Numbered from the stretch's first letter, positions 39,995 through 49,908 are shown. The stretch is DNA of 60,631 nt from Promethearchaeota archaeon (GCA_016840165.1 JAEOSU010000097.1:1-60631), one strand, 5' to 3'. A program made the numbers and translations. The notes: generated by a model not told the origin, from the sequence alone.

Positions 39995-41536
39995 TTGAGT
40001 AAAAAAATAATTTTTATAGGACCTTCGGGAGCAGGAAAAACCACTATTAGAAAGATCTTCTTCGAAGGAGAAAACTCTAAAAAACTTCTTGAATATGCTT
40101 TAGAACCCACGTATGGTGAAGAATCATTAATTTTGAGATTACCAGGTCTTAATGAAGATATTGGAATTTTTGATTTATCAGGCCAAGAAAATCATAGATG
40201 GTTAGATACTAATGAAAATGAAATTTTTATTGATTCAAAAATAATTATTGTGGTAATAGATATAAATACTGAATTTGACCTAATATCTGATTTTATCGAT
40301 AAAGTAGCTAAAGTTCGTGATGAATTATCTTCAAAATCTATGATTTACGTGCTTTTACACAAAATTGATTTAATTGATGCGAATGAATTAAAGAAATTAA
40401 AGATCAAATCAAAAAATTCATTTTCTGACAAAAAATTATTAAAAATAATGTTTACCAGTCTCAAAAAAAAATATCTTGTTAATACTTTTTCTGATTTCTT
40501 GGTAATAATGAAATCATGCTTACTTGAGGAAGATTCTGATAGTGCTTTAGAATTTAACGTCATTGATGAATCACTTAAAATTATATCAATAATTAAAAAA
40601 GAAATAACTATATCGAAAAAAAATTTAATAGAGAAGCTAAACCGACCAGAGAAATTAATATTATATTTATTAGAGAGTTTAATGAAAAAAAATCATATCA
40701 TTATTCAAAAGATTGAAAATAATGAAATTATAACGTTGACTGATTTTGGACGAGATTATTTCTCAAGAATTATTAACTCTTTTTCACCTATCATAGATGC
40801 AAATAGCGATCTAACCTACAACTCCCATGATGAGTCATTATTACTAGATAATATACCTTATTTTTTAGGGTTTATAATCTCTGATAAAGATGGGAGAACC
40901 TTACTTAACGCCGAATCTTCTGAAAGTATATTACATAAAATTTTATTTAGTATAAAAAAAGCTGATCCTACAACAATTTCCACAGATCTGGATCTAATTC
41001 CTATGTTTATAAGTGCATTAGAAAAATTTTCGATTGAATTAAATATTCATGATCTATCGGGATTTGATTTGTCAGGGAGTAATTTAACTTTATGTGTATT
41101 AAGTTATGATATATACAACGTTATCATATTTATGAATCCTGATGTAAATTTCAAACCTTTTGAAACTAGAATTCGGAATTACTTTAGCAATATCTTCGAG
41201 GAATATACACAATTGTTTAATAAGGCTCTCAAAACAGGACAAACTGATATATTATCACCTATAATAGAAGACGCTAAAAATTGGCTTGATAATTTAAATA
41301 AATCCTATAAAAGTATGGTAATAAATTTAGAAATCATTGATATAGATCATGCAAAATTGTTATATGAAAAAATCGATAACTTATATGATAACATTAACCA
41401 AAAGTTTAATATTACTCTGGATAAAATTAAAAAGCTCAAAGTAAATTTAATGAAAGCTATATTAGAAAAGGATTATGATGAGCTTAAAATTATCTCAAAT
41501 CATGCAAAGAACTTAAGCTTAGAATATAGTATATAG
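39995..41536 (+). CDS. Rag-like GTPase + winged helix + longin/Roadblock-like domain + helical tail
   Basis: GPSGAGKT, EPTYG, DLSGQE, HKID, TSL; wHTH ending ITLTDFG; FIISDKDGRTLL...LIPMFISALEKFSIEL. Confidence 0.82.
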   Translation: MSKKIIFIGPSGAGKTTIRKIFFEGENSKKLLEYALEPTYGEESLILRLPGLNEDIGIFDLSGQENHRWLDTNENEIFIDSKIIIVVIDINTEFDLISDFIDKVAKVRDELSSKSMIYVLLHKIDLIDANELKKLKIKSKNSFSDKKLLKIMFTSLKKKYLVNTFSDFLVIMKSCLLEEDSDSALEFNVIDESLKIISIIKKEITISKKNLIEKLNRPEKLILYLLESLMKKNHIIIQKIENNEIITLTDFGRDYFSRIINSFSPIIDANSDLTYNSHDESLLLDNIPYFLGFIISDKDGRTLLNAESSESILHKILFSIKKADPTTISTDLDLIPMFISALEKFSIELNIHDLSGFDLSGSNLTLCVLSYDIYNVIIFMNPDVNFKPFETRIRNYFSNIFEEYTQLFNKALKTGQTDILSPIIEDAKNWLDNLNKSYKSMVINLEIIDIDHAKLLYEKIDNLYDNINQKFNITLDKIKKLKVNLMKAILEKDYDELKIISNHAKNLSLEYSI

Positions 41537-41553
41537 GATACTCTATTAATTGA

Positions 41554-43620
41554 TTATTTAATTTTTTTCATTATTGAAAAGTAAAAAGTAGTCCCAACTC
41601 CCAATACACTAGAAAATTTGATTTCGCCTCCATGTAACTCAATCAATCGTTTAGTTAAAGATAAACCTAAACCCGTTCCGGGAACTGAGCGTACATATGT
41701 TGAATCTACTCTTTTGAAATCCTTAAATAATATTGGAAAGTCTTTTGTATCGATCCCTATACCCGTATCAAAGACTTCAAATTCCCATTTATCATATTTT
41801 TCAAATACTTTAAATGATATAGTGCCCTCAATAGTAAATTTTACAGCGTTACTAAATAAATTTAGTAAAATTTCTTTGAATTTTAGAGGATCTGCTTCCA
41901 TCTCTATCTCTTTATCCAGTCCTTTTACTTTAAATTCTATCTTTTTCTTACCTACAAAAGGTTTTAGGCTTGATATAGTTTGCTCGACCATAGAATTCAG
42001 AGAAAAACTTTTTACATTTAGCGTTATCTGCCCAGATTCAATTTTAGAAATATTCAGAATATTTTTTATCATATCGAATTGATCTTCTGCTGAGATTTTT
42101 ATATCATTAACAAAATCTCTTTGCTCCTCCGTTAATGGACCATATACTTCTTCTAATAGTAACTCTGTAAATCCGATAATAGCATTTAATGGAGTTCTGA
42201 GCTCATGAGACATAGTTGACATAAATTCCGTCTTAAACTGGGATGTCTTTAGAATTCGGTCTAAATATTTCTTTTGTTGTTGAAAAGCAAAATTCAAATC
42301 GATTGTTCGAGTTTCAACCTCTCGCTCTAATTTTTCTTTGAATTCAAGTTCGAGAAGTTCCCGTTTCTTCTTTTCATTAATATTTTGGAAAAGAAGTTGT
42401 AAAAATATATTTTCTTCGTGGTTAATAACAGAAGCTTGCACTTCTAGCCAAATCTTATTTTTCAATTTGTCTAGGACTTGTATTTCTATGGGTTTAGGGA
42501 AATCCTTCTTGAGAAAAGCTTGGAAAGTATTTTTATAAAAATGTTTTAATTCAAATGGGAATAATGTATTAAATTCCTCAAGTGATTTACCAATTAAGAA
42601 ACTTTTTTCATATCCAAATACATTCTGAGTAGATTTATTTGCATCAACAATAATTCCTTTAAAATCAATAATGAGTATAGCATTTGGAGAATTTTCAAAT
42701 AGATTTTTATATTTTAACTCAACCCACTTACGTTTTTCAATATTGGTGAGAACGCATACCAAATTATTATTTGTATTTGTAAATAACTCAAAGATCCTGC
42801 ATTCAAATTGATGCCAATGACCTTCTTTATTTTTAAGTCTAATCTCTAATGAATTTTCATTATTATGTGACTCCTGATAGATTGCGTTTTCAATTTTATC
42901 AAAATCGTCATGATGAAGGATGCTTAAAAAGGAAAATCCAATTAGATCTTCTGATCTATACCCGAGATATTTCATAAGGGAATTTTCATTAACATTTTTA
43001 ATGATCTTGTTTTTAGTCATAGAAATAAGGATATCATTAGAAAATTGAGCAAATTTATTAAGCTTTATTTCTAAAATCTCCTTTTCTTTAAGTAAATCTA
43101 TATTCTCAAGGATCTTAGATATAATCAAAGATATTAGTTTGATATTTCCTAAACTTTCCTCAAATATTTTCTCAGAAGTATTTAATGATATTAATCCAAT
43201 ATAACCAATTAATCCTTTTTTTGAATAAATTGGAAAGGCAAAAAAAAATCGAATATTTTTCAAGATTAATAGCTCTTCGATTGATCTTGGGTTTGTTCTA
43301 TATTTATTTTCTAAATGTAATTGTACTATAGAATTATTTTTAAGATGATTATAAAACCATGGATATATATTTAAATCCAACTCATCTGGGAATAGAGAAT
43401 CTTTATTAAATTTTTCTAAAGCAACATAATGAACAAATTTAATCGATTTAAGATCTTCATTAATTAAAGAAATAAAGGAATAATCGAATTTACACATTTC
43501 ACATAATAATTTAAGGATTAGGGATAAATTCTTAATATTATCTGATTCATCTATAATATCCAAATATCTTTCGATGAATGAACTATTATTTAAATCCTTG
43601 CTCGAAATTTTTTCTAACAT
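41554..43620 (-). CDS. cytoplasmic GAF-PAS-PAS histidine kinase
   Basis: H-box MSHELRTPLNAIIGF, N-box NLFSNAVKFT, DTGIGI, GTGLGL; no TM helix. Confidence 0.95.
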   Translation of the reverse strand: MLEKISSKDLNNSSFIERYLDIIDESDNIKNLSLILKLLCEMCKFDYSFISLINEDLKSIKFVHYVALEKFNKDSLFPDELDLNIYPWFYNHLKNNSIVQLHLENKYRTNPRSIEELLILKNIRFFFAFPIYSKKGLIGYIGLISLNTSEKIFEESLGNIKLISLIISKILENIDLLKEKEILEIKLNKFAQFSNDILISMTKNKIIKNVNENSLMKYLGYRSEDLIGFSFLSILHHDDFDKIENAIYQESHNNENSLEIRLKNKEGHWHQFECRIFELFTNTNNNLVCVLTNIEKRKWVELKYKNLFENSPNAILIIDFKGIIVDANKSTQNVFGYEKSFLIGKSLEEFNTLFPFELKHFYKNTFQAFLKKDFPKPIEIQVLDKLKNKIWLEVQASVINHEENIFLQLLFQNINEKKKRELLELEFKEKLEREVETRTIDLNFAFQQQKKYLDRILKTSQFKTEFMSTMSHELRTPLNAIIGFTELLLEEVYGPLTEEQRDFVNDIKISAEDQFDMIKNILNISKIESGQITLNVKSFSLNSMVEQTISSLKPFVGKKKIEFKVKGLDKEIEMEADPLKFKEILLNLFSNAVKFTIEGTISFKVFEKYDKWEFEVFDTGIGIDTKDFPILFKDFKRVDSTYVRSVPGTGLGLSLTKRLIELHGGEIKFSSVLGVGTTFYFSIMKKIK

Positions 43621-43670
43621 TTTTTTTTAAAGTTTATTCTTTTATTGATTTAAATTTCAACATATTATTA

Positions 43671-46586
43671 TTAAAGAGACCTGAGAAAATCATGAATAGG
43701 GTCAGTTATACTCTTATATTTCTTTGGAATTGTAAAGATGAATGTTGAACCTGCACCTAACTCACTCTCGAAGATAATTATACCTCCATGCAAGTTTATT
43801 ATTCGTTTTGTAAGCGCTAAACCTAAACCAGATCCTGCGACTGACTCAACATATGCTGATTTTACTCTTTGAAAATCTTTAAATATTTTATCAAAGTCCT
43901 TTTTTGCTATTCCTATTCCTGTATCTTTGATTTTAAAAGTCCAATAATCAGCATCTTCCGAAAATTCAAGGATGATCTTTCCTTCTATTGTAAATTTTAC
44001 AGCATTTCCTATTAAATTATACAAAATTTGTTTTAATTTAACGCGATCAGCTTTAATTATTCTATTTTTTTCAATAAATTTGTATTCAATCTCTATATTT
44101 TTCTTATGAGTTAAAGCTTTAAATGTAGAAATTACATTTTCAATTAAATTATATAAATTGAATTTCTCAATGTTTATAGATAATTCTCCAGATTCAATTT
44201 TAGATATGTCTAAAATTCTTGTTATCATGTCTAGTAAATGATGGGAAGAATCTTGAATATCTGATATAAATTCTAACTGACTTTTATTCATTTTTCCATA
44301 TGACTCTTCTAGAAGTAAATCTGTAAATCCAATAATAGCATTTAATGGTGTCCGCAATTCATGAGACATAGAAGCTAAGAATTCTGTTTTAAATTGAGAT
44401 GTCTTTGCTATATGGTCTAAAAATTTCTTTTGATTTTTTAAAGCTTCATTTAGCTCATTTGTTCTTAAGACAACTTCATTTTCTAAGGATTCGTTAAACT
44501 TTTTTTGTAATTCATCGGCTTTTTTTCTTTCTGAAATATCTCTTATGATAGCTTGGAGAAAATATACTTTTCCATGTTTTTGACGATTCAAAGAAATTTC
44601 TGCATCAAATAGAGTTCCATCATTTTTAATATGTTGCCATGTGAAATTGAGGAGTTCACCATTTAATCCTCTTTTAATATAATCTAAAGCTAGATCTTTT
44701 GACTTATATCCATTTGCCTGATAAAGTGGGGAGAGATCCCAAGGAGATACACCGATAAAATCTGATTTAGAATTAAAACCATACATTTTCACAGCCATTT
44801 TATTCGCATCTATTATTTTATCTTTATCGAGTAGGAATATCGCGTCTGTTGCTCCATCAAAAACATTACGATACTTCTTTTCTGAATCTATTAATTCGAG
44901 TTCGACTCGTTTTTTCTGTGAAATATCCTGCAGTATAACTTGAATAAGTGATATTTTATTAATTGATATTAGAGAAGCGTATAATCTTACCCAGTTCAAT
45001 TTGAAATTATCGCTGAGCACAGGAATATCGATTGGAGTTATAGAATCATTCCTTAACAACTCTTTTAATTTTTCCTGGAATAAGGGCAATTTTTCCTTTC
45101 GAATTAAGTTCAAATCTATGATATTTTTTCCAATAATATCACTTTTTTTAACAGCAAAAGAATCACATACTTTTTTATTAACATCAACGATGATACCTTT
45201 AAAATCTAATAGAATTATCATTAATGGAGCTGTTTTAAAAAGATCCTTATATCTCCTTTCCGATTCTATTAATTTATCTTCAGTACGCTTTCGTTCTAAT
45301 GCATTGGCTATGATTTGAGAACAAAATTGTAACAGTGTTCTGTCATTAAAATTCCATTTACGTCGTTTTATTTCTAAATCAAATCCAATAAACCCAATTA
45401 AGTCATCATTTTTCAATATTGGACAGGAAAGTGTACCAATTATTTTATTTTTAATTAAATCTTGTTTAAAATTTTCTGCTTCGGCTGGTATATCCGCTAT
45501 ATTGTTTATCTCAATATATTGTCTATTTTTTAGGTGTTTTATTACCCATGGATATTTATTGATTGGTACTTTATTATAATAATTAACATGAGAGTCAATT
45601 CCCTCTTTACACCACTCATAAATATAATCAAATTTTAATAGATCCTTATCAAAAAGAAAAAGGTATACTCTATCAATATTTCGTTCTATACCTATGTCTC
45701 TTAAAGTGTAATACAACACATTATCAAAATCGAAATTTCCAATAAAACGGGATGAGATTGAGGTTACTAATTTTTCAAAACTTATAGTTTCACTAATAAT
45801 CCTATCTTTCAATTTACGTTCAGAGATATCCCTAACTACTACTACCGCATTCCATTTCCCATTTAAGAAAACAGAAGAAATACGGAGTTCAATGGGAATT
45901 AATTCACCATCTTTCCTTAATGCTTCCACTTCTATATATTTCCCAACTATATCTTTATTCCCAATTTTTAATAAAGATTTAATACTATTTTGAAATCCTT
46001 CATTATAATCAGATGTAAATATTTTATGAAATTTTTCCCCAATAATTTCTTCTCTGTAATATCCAAATATAAGATGGGCAGCTTTATTCCAGTATACTAT
46101 TTTCCCAGTATCATCAATTTGAATTACACCTTCATGAATTGAAGAATTTATTAATTCAATATTGAAAGTTTCCTCTTTTTTTTTAAATAAGTATTGATTT
46201 TTTACTTTACTTATAGTTCCAATAAATTTTATATCTGTTCGGGTATCTTGCTTTATGATATAACCAATGTCTTGGATTTGAAGAAAAGTACTATTATCAA
46301 TTTTGACTCTGTATTTGATATTATAATTATCGTAATTTTTACAAGATGAGAGGATAGTTTTTTTCACATAAATCTGATCTTCAGGGTGGATTAACTCTAA
46401 CCAGCTATTAAAGGTGTTATCTATTGATTTATTAATATCACACCTAAAAAATTCGTTTATTGGTCCATGAAATTTATATGTTTTCAGTTGAGTATCAAAT
46501 TCATATAATAGATGATCGACGTAGCTTTCGTAATCTTTATTTATATCGTTAGAGGATTCCGAATAATTACTTGATTGACCATACAT
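43671..46586 (-). CDS. cytoplasmic PAS-PAS-GAF-PAS-PAS histidine kinase
   Basis: IHPED and RDISERK PAS/PAC motifs; MSHELRTPLNAIIGF, NLIGNAVKFT, DTGIGI, GSGLGL. Confidence 0.95.
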   Translation of the reverse strand: MYGQSSNYSESSNDINKDYESYVDHLLYEFDTQLKTYKFHGPINEFFRCDINKSIDNTFNSWLELIHPEDQIYVKKTILSSCKNYDNYNIKYRVKIDNSTFLQIQDIGYIIKQDTRTDIKFIGTISKVKNQYLFKKKEETFNIELINSSIHEGVIQIDDTGKIVYWNKAAHLIFGYYREEIIGEKFHKIFTSDYNEGFQNSIKSLLKIGNKDIVGKYIEVEALRKDGELIPIELRISSVFLNGKWNAVVVVRDISERKLKDRIISETISFEKLVTSISSRFIGNFDFDNVLYYTLRDIGIERNIDRVYLFLFDKDLLKFDYIYEWCKEGIDSHVNYYNKVPINKYPWVIKHLKNRQYIEINNIADIPAEAENFKQDLIKNKIIGTLSCPILKNDDLIGFIGFDLEIKRRKWNFNDRTLLQFCSQIIANALERKRTEDKLIESERRYKDLFKTAPLMIILLDFKGIIVDVNKKVCDSFAVKKSDIIGKNIIDLNLIRKEKLPLFQEKLKELLRNDSITPIDIPVLSDNFKLNWVRLYASLISINKISLIQVILQDISQKKRVELELIDSEKKYRNVFDGATDAIFLLDKDKIIDANKMAVKMYGFNSKSDFIGVSPWDLSPLYQANGYKSKDLALDYIKRGLNGELLNFTWQHIKNDGTLFDAEISLNRQKHGKVYFLQAIIRDISERKKADELQKKFNESLENEVVLRTNELNEALKNQKKFLDHIAKTSQFKTEFLASMSHELRTPLNAIIGFTDLLLEESYGKMNKSQLEFISDIQDSSHHLLDMITRILDISKIESGELSINIEKFNLYNLIENVISTFKALTHKKNIEIEYKFIEKNRIIKADRVKLKQILYNLIGNAVKFTIEGKIILEFSEDADYWTFKIKDTGIGIAKKDFDKIFKDFQRVKSAYVESVAGSGLGLALTKRIINLHGGIIIFESELGAGSTFIFTIPKKYKSITDPIHDFLRSL

Positions 46587-46618
46587 TATCTTCCAAGATA
46601 TAATTTAATTGATAATAT

Positions 46619-47485
46619 TTAGGTATTGAATTCATTCAAAATTAGGAAAAAAAAGAACGTATCAAAACCTAAATTTTCCTCTAAATCTCCTTTTTTTCGT
46701 ATATTTTCTAGACCAAATTTAAAAAAATAGGCACTATCCGATAAAACAAAAGCATCCATATTATTCATGCTTTTGATCAATCCCTTTCTCTCCATATCTA
46801 TAATGCGGGATAATAGCCTTTCTTCCTTAATATTGAGTTTAACTGCTAATTTCTCAACATAAATCTGTTTATCTTCAATAGCACATAATATTGAATTGAA
46901 TTCAGCCATTTCATTTCCCTGGGATGGAATCCCTTCATAGGGAATAATACTCTTTAAAAGTTTATACAACACTCTGAAAGTATAGTAATAATTTTCCTTC
47001 GTAATTGATGTTTGAAATATTTTAAAATTGGCTCCTCGAGGGTGTTGTTTGGTCATAAATTCGCAGATTGCTTTAATCTTACGTTTAGCATACGATTGAC
47101 TTACTAAATCTATTTTATGCATAAATGCTACAATTTTACACGATTTTAAATTGAGATCTATTTGGATTTGATAGATATTTAAAAGAAACTGAATAATTGA
47201 TTCCAATGAATTATTTATATCAAAGATACAAAGGATCATGTTTGAATCATTAAAAATTGACTTATCCTCATTAGATAACCATAAATCATTTTCTTGCCCT
47301 GCTAAATCGAAAATTCCTAATTTAGAGTCCAATAAAACATAATTTGTTGAATTAAGCCCTCTTGAGGGATCCAATGGATTTTTTAGAAGAGAAATTGGGC
47401 TATATTTCTCAAAAAATGTTTTCTTTATTGAGGTTTTTCCGGTCCCTGGAGGTCCTATTAAAACTATCTTTTTACTAGACATCAT
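46619..47485 (-). CDS. Rag/Gtr-like small GTPase with a C-terminal winged helix (paralogue of 37248-38120)
   Basis: GPPGTGKT, DPSRG, DLAGQE, HKID, TSI; VEKLAVKLNI...MERKGLI wHTH. Confidence 0.88.
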   Translation of the reverse strand: MMSSKKIVLIGPPGTGKTSIKKTFFEKYSPISLLKNPLDPSRGLNSTNYVLLDSKLGIFDLAGQENDLWLSNEDKSIFNDSNMILCIFDINNSLESIIQFLLNIYQIQIDLNLKSCKIVAFMHKIDLVSQSYAKRKIKAICEFMTKQHPRGANFKIFQTSITKENYYYTFRVLYKLLKSIIPYEGIPSQGNEMAEFNSILCAIEDKQIYVEKLAVKLNIKEERLLSRIIDMERKGLIKSMNNMDAFVLSDSAYFFKFGLENIRKKGDLEENLGFDTFFFFLILNEFNT

Positions 47486-47501
47486 ATATCTAATTATTCT
47501 C

Positions 47502-48191
47502 CTATTTAATTGATGAGGACATAGGTTCTTTAAGCGCTTCGATTATATCAGCACAAGAGTCAAGCATCATTTCAATATAACTTAAAATATCTTCTTGGGA
47601 TACACATCCACCTAGATTAATCTGTTCCTTAATTATATCACAAAATCCTTGGATTGTATTAACACCACTTCGAATTTGTAAATTAATTGATTCAAGGGGT
47701 AATACTTCTCCTTTCTTCATATAAATCTCACTTACGTCTTCAAAAAATTTCTCAAATGCTGCTTCATTGTCAGATAATACCAGATTGATATCTAATTTAT
47801 GAAAGATCATACCAATTCTTTTTAAATGTAATATAGGGATGAGTGGATAAGCAACATCACGTAAAATTATAATAGCATAAAGCTGTTTTCCTCCTCTCGC
47901 ATTTGGATCCTGAATCTCGATCTTATATACTTGAGCATAGAATTGGTTGAAATCTAAAATTACAAATTTATTCTTTGTGTTAAGTGCGTCTCTTAATAAG
48001 TTCCGAATAAAGATTAAATCCTTTAATGCAATAGATGAATACAACGATCTTGGACCTAAGATATGATCATATTTTCCTATTATAATAACAAATGGGTATT
48101 TATCTAAAGCTTCCTTGAATTGAAAATATGGTTCCTTGGTATTATCAACCAAATTACGACCTAGCGAATCTTTTCTAATTGAATTTACCAT
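47502..48191 (-). CDS. folliculin/uDENN-like longin domain fused to a His-less HisKA (pseudo-DHp) domain
   Basis: YDHILGPRSL and IQDPNARGGKQLYAIII; the C-terminal SINLQIRSGVNTIQGFCDII aligns without gaps to SMSHELRTPLNAIIGFTDLL of the nearby kinase. Confidence 0.72.
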   Translation of the reverse strand: MVNSIRKDSLGRNLVDNTKEPYFQFKEALDKYPFVIIIGKYDHILGPRSLYSSIALKDLIFIRNLLRDALNTKNKFVILDFNQFYAQVYKIEIQDPNARGGKQLYAIIILRDVAYPLIPILHLKRIGMIFHKLDINLVLSDNEAAFEKFFEDVSEIYMKKGEVLPLESINLQIRSGVNTIQGFCDIIKEQINLGGCVSQEDILSYIEMMLDSCADIIEALKEPMSSSIK

Positions 48192-48389
48192 TATCTTGAT
48201 TAAAATCCTAATTAAAGAATATGTGGAAATAGATTTTTGTTATAAAGTTTTAATAACTTTTGTACCAATAATATTAATTTGCATATTTAATATTAACTAT
48301 AATAGGGTATTTTGTTTGATTGACACACAAAAGAATAATTTGTGTTCATAATTCTATAAATTTATATAATTTAAGTTTATTAGTTATTC

Positions 48390-49862
48390 ATGTCAGAATC
48401 ATCAAAAATAATCGTTAAATATTTTTGTGATAGATTTTTAAATATTGATTATTATCCGACTTCCCTTAAAGCGATACTTGATTTAGAGCTTAACTTTTTG
48501 AGAGGAATCAACAACGAAGATATTAAAAGGTTTTCCAAACTAGATATATTCACTTTACGAGACCTATCTGGAGTCCAAGTAGAAGATCTTCAGAAGAAAG
48601 CAAGTAAAGTAAACCTTGACCTCACAACCTTTAAAAATGCTATTATTGCCGCATATTTAATAGCTAACTCGTGGAATAAAAGAAAAATGTACATGAAAAA
48701 GCCAAAAATGAAGGTTGTTATTTCAGGTTTAGACTATGCGGGGAAAACCTCTCTTATTAATCGACTTATAAATGATTATAATTACAATGATATGATAAAC
48801 CTTGAACCAACTGTGGGTGCAAATGTAGAGGAGTATCAATCAGAACGTTTAGACCTGGTTTTATGGGATTTAGGAGGCCAAAAAGACCATATCAATGAAT
48901 ATTTAGCTTCACCTGAAAGATTCTTTGTTCATGTAGACGTAATGATTTTTGTCGTTGATTCGCAAGATGATATTCGATATGATGAAGCGTTGCAGTATCT
49001 AAATGACCTTATAGACATTTTAGGGTTTTTGAATGAATCTCCATATATAGTTATTTTACTTAATAAAGCCGATTCTGATGTAATAAAAGATCCCGATTTT
49101 CAAATTAAATTGGAATATTTAATGGATAGAATTTCAAATATCTTTATGAAAAGTGAAACCCCTTGGAACTTTGAAATGATACCAACTAGTATTTATAATT
49201 ACTATTCTTCTGAGCCTGAAATTGCCAAAAGCATTAAAAGTATCTTTTCGAAGGAGAAGGAAATGCTTGATACTGGAAAATTGCTTCCTGACATCAACGA
49301 TAAGTTACAGAAAATCTTAGATGTAAATTTGAAATTGATGGATAAAGTTGTGGTGGAACTCAATGAAGTTAGGAGAATATTACACCAATTTACCCCTTCT
49401 GATATATCTCAATCACTTTTTTCAATCCCTTTCGAAAAAGTACCTATTGATTTCATATCAAATGAAGATTTTAGAGGAGAACAAAAAAAGGAAAAGCATA
49501 AGAAGAAAAGGGGGTCAGCAAGTAAGACAGTTAGCCAGAAGAAGAAATTTGGACCCCCAAAAAGGTTGGAAAAATTAGAGAAACCTGCTGAACTGGTAAA
49601 TAATTCTGAAGAGACTAAGAAAATTACAAAGGATCAGATAATTGAAGCTAAATCAAAACTTTCCACAGAAATTTCACAAAAAGAAGACATAAGCAAACCT
49701 CCTACAGCACCTAAACCAAATGATATTATGTTGAATATGCTTAAACCACCACCTCCACCTAAGATCACATCTAATTTAGAATCAGGACACGAAAATGTAA
49801 GAACCCAAATAATTACTGAATTAAAAGATATGTTTATAAAAAGAGGTTTAGTAACAAGATAA
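48390..49862 (+). CDS. Arf-like small GTPase with an N-terminal HhH-like domain and a Pro-rich C-terminal tail
   Basis: GLDYAGKT, PTVGANVE, WDLGGQ, FVVDS.D..R, LLNKAD; tail contains KPPPPPK. Confidence 0.88.
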   Translation: MSESSKIIVKYFCDRFLNIDYYPTSLKAILDLELNFLRGINNEDIKRFSKLDIFTLRDLSGVQVEDLQKKASKVNLDLTTFKNAIIAAYLIANSWNKRKMYMKKPKMKVVISGLDYAGKTSLINRLINDYNYNDMINLEPTVGANVEEYQSERLDLVLWDLGGQKDHINEYLASPERFFVHVDVMIFVVDSQDDIRYDEALQYLNDLIDILGFLNESPYIVILLNKADSDVIKDPDFQIKLEYLMDRISNIFMKSETPWNFEMIPTSIYNYYSSEPEIAKSIKSIFSKEKEMLDTGKLLPDINDKLQKILDVNLKLMDKVVVELNEVRRILHQFTPSDISQSLFSIPFEKVPIDFISNEDFRGEQKKEKHKKKRGSASKTVSQKKKFGPPKRLEKLEKPAELVNNSEETKKITKDQIIEAKSKLSTEISQKEDISKPPTAPKPNDIMLNMLKPPPPPKITSNLESGHENVRTQIITELKDMFIKRGLVTR

Positions 49863-49908
49863 ATCGTCATGGAAAAATTAAATCATAATAAGAGGCTTTT
49901 AATAACAA

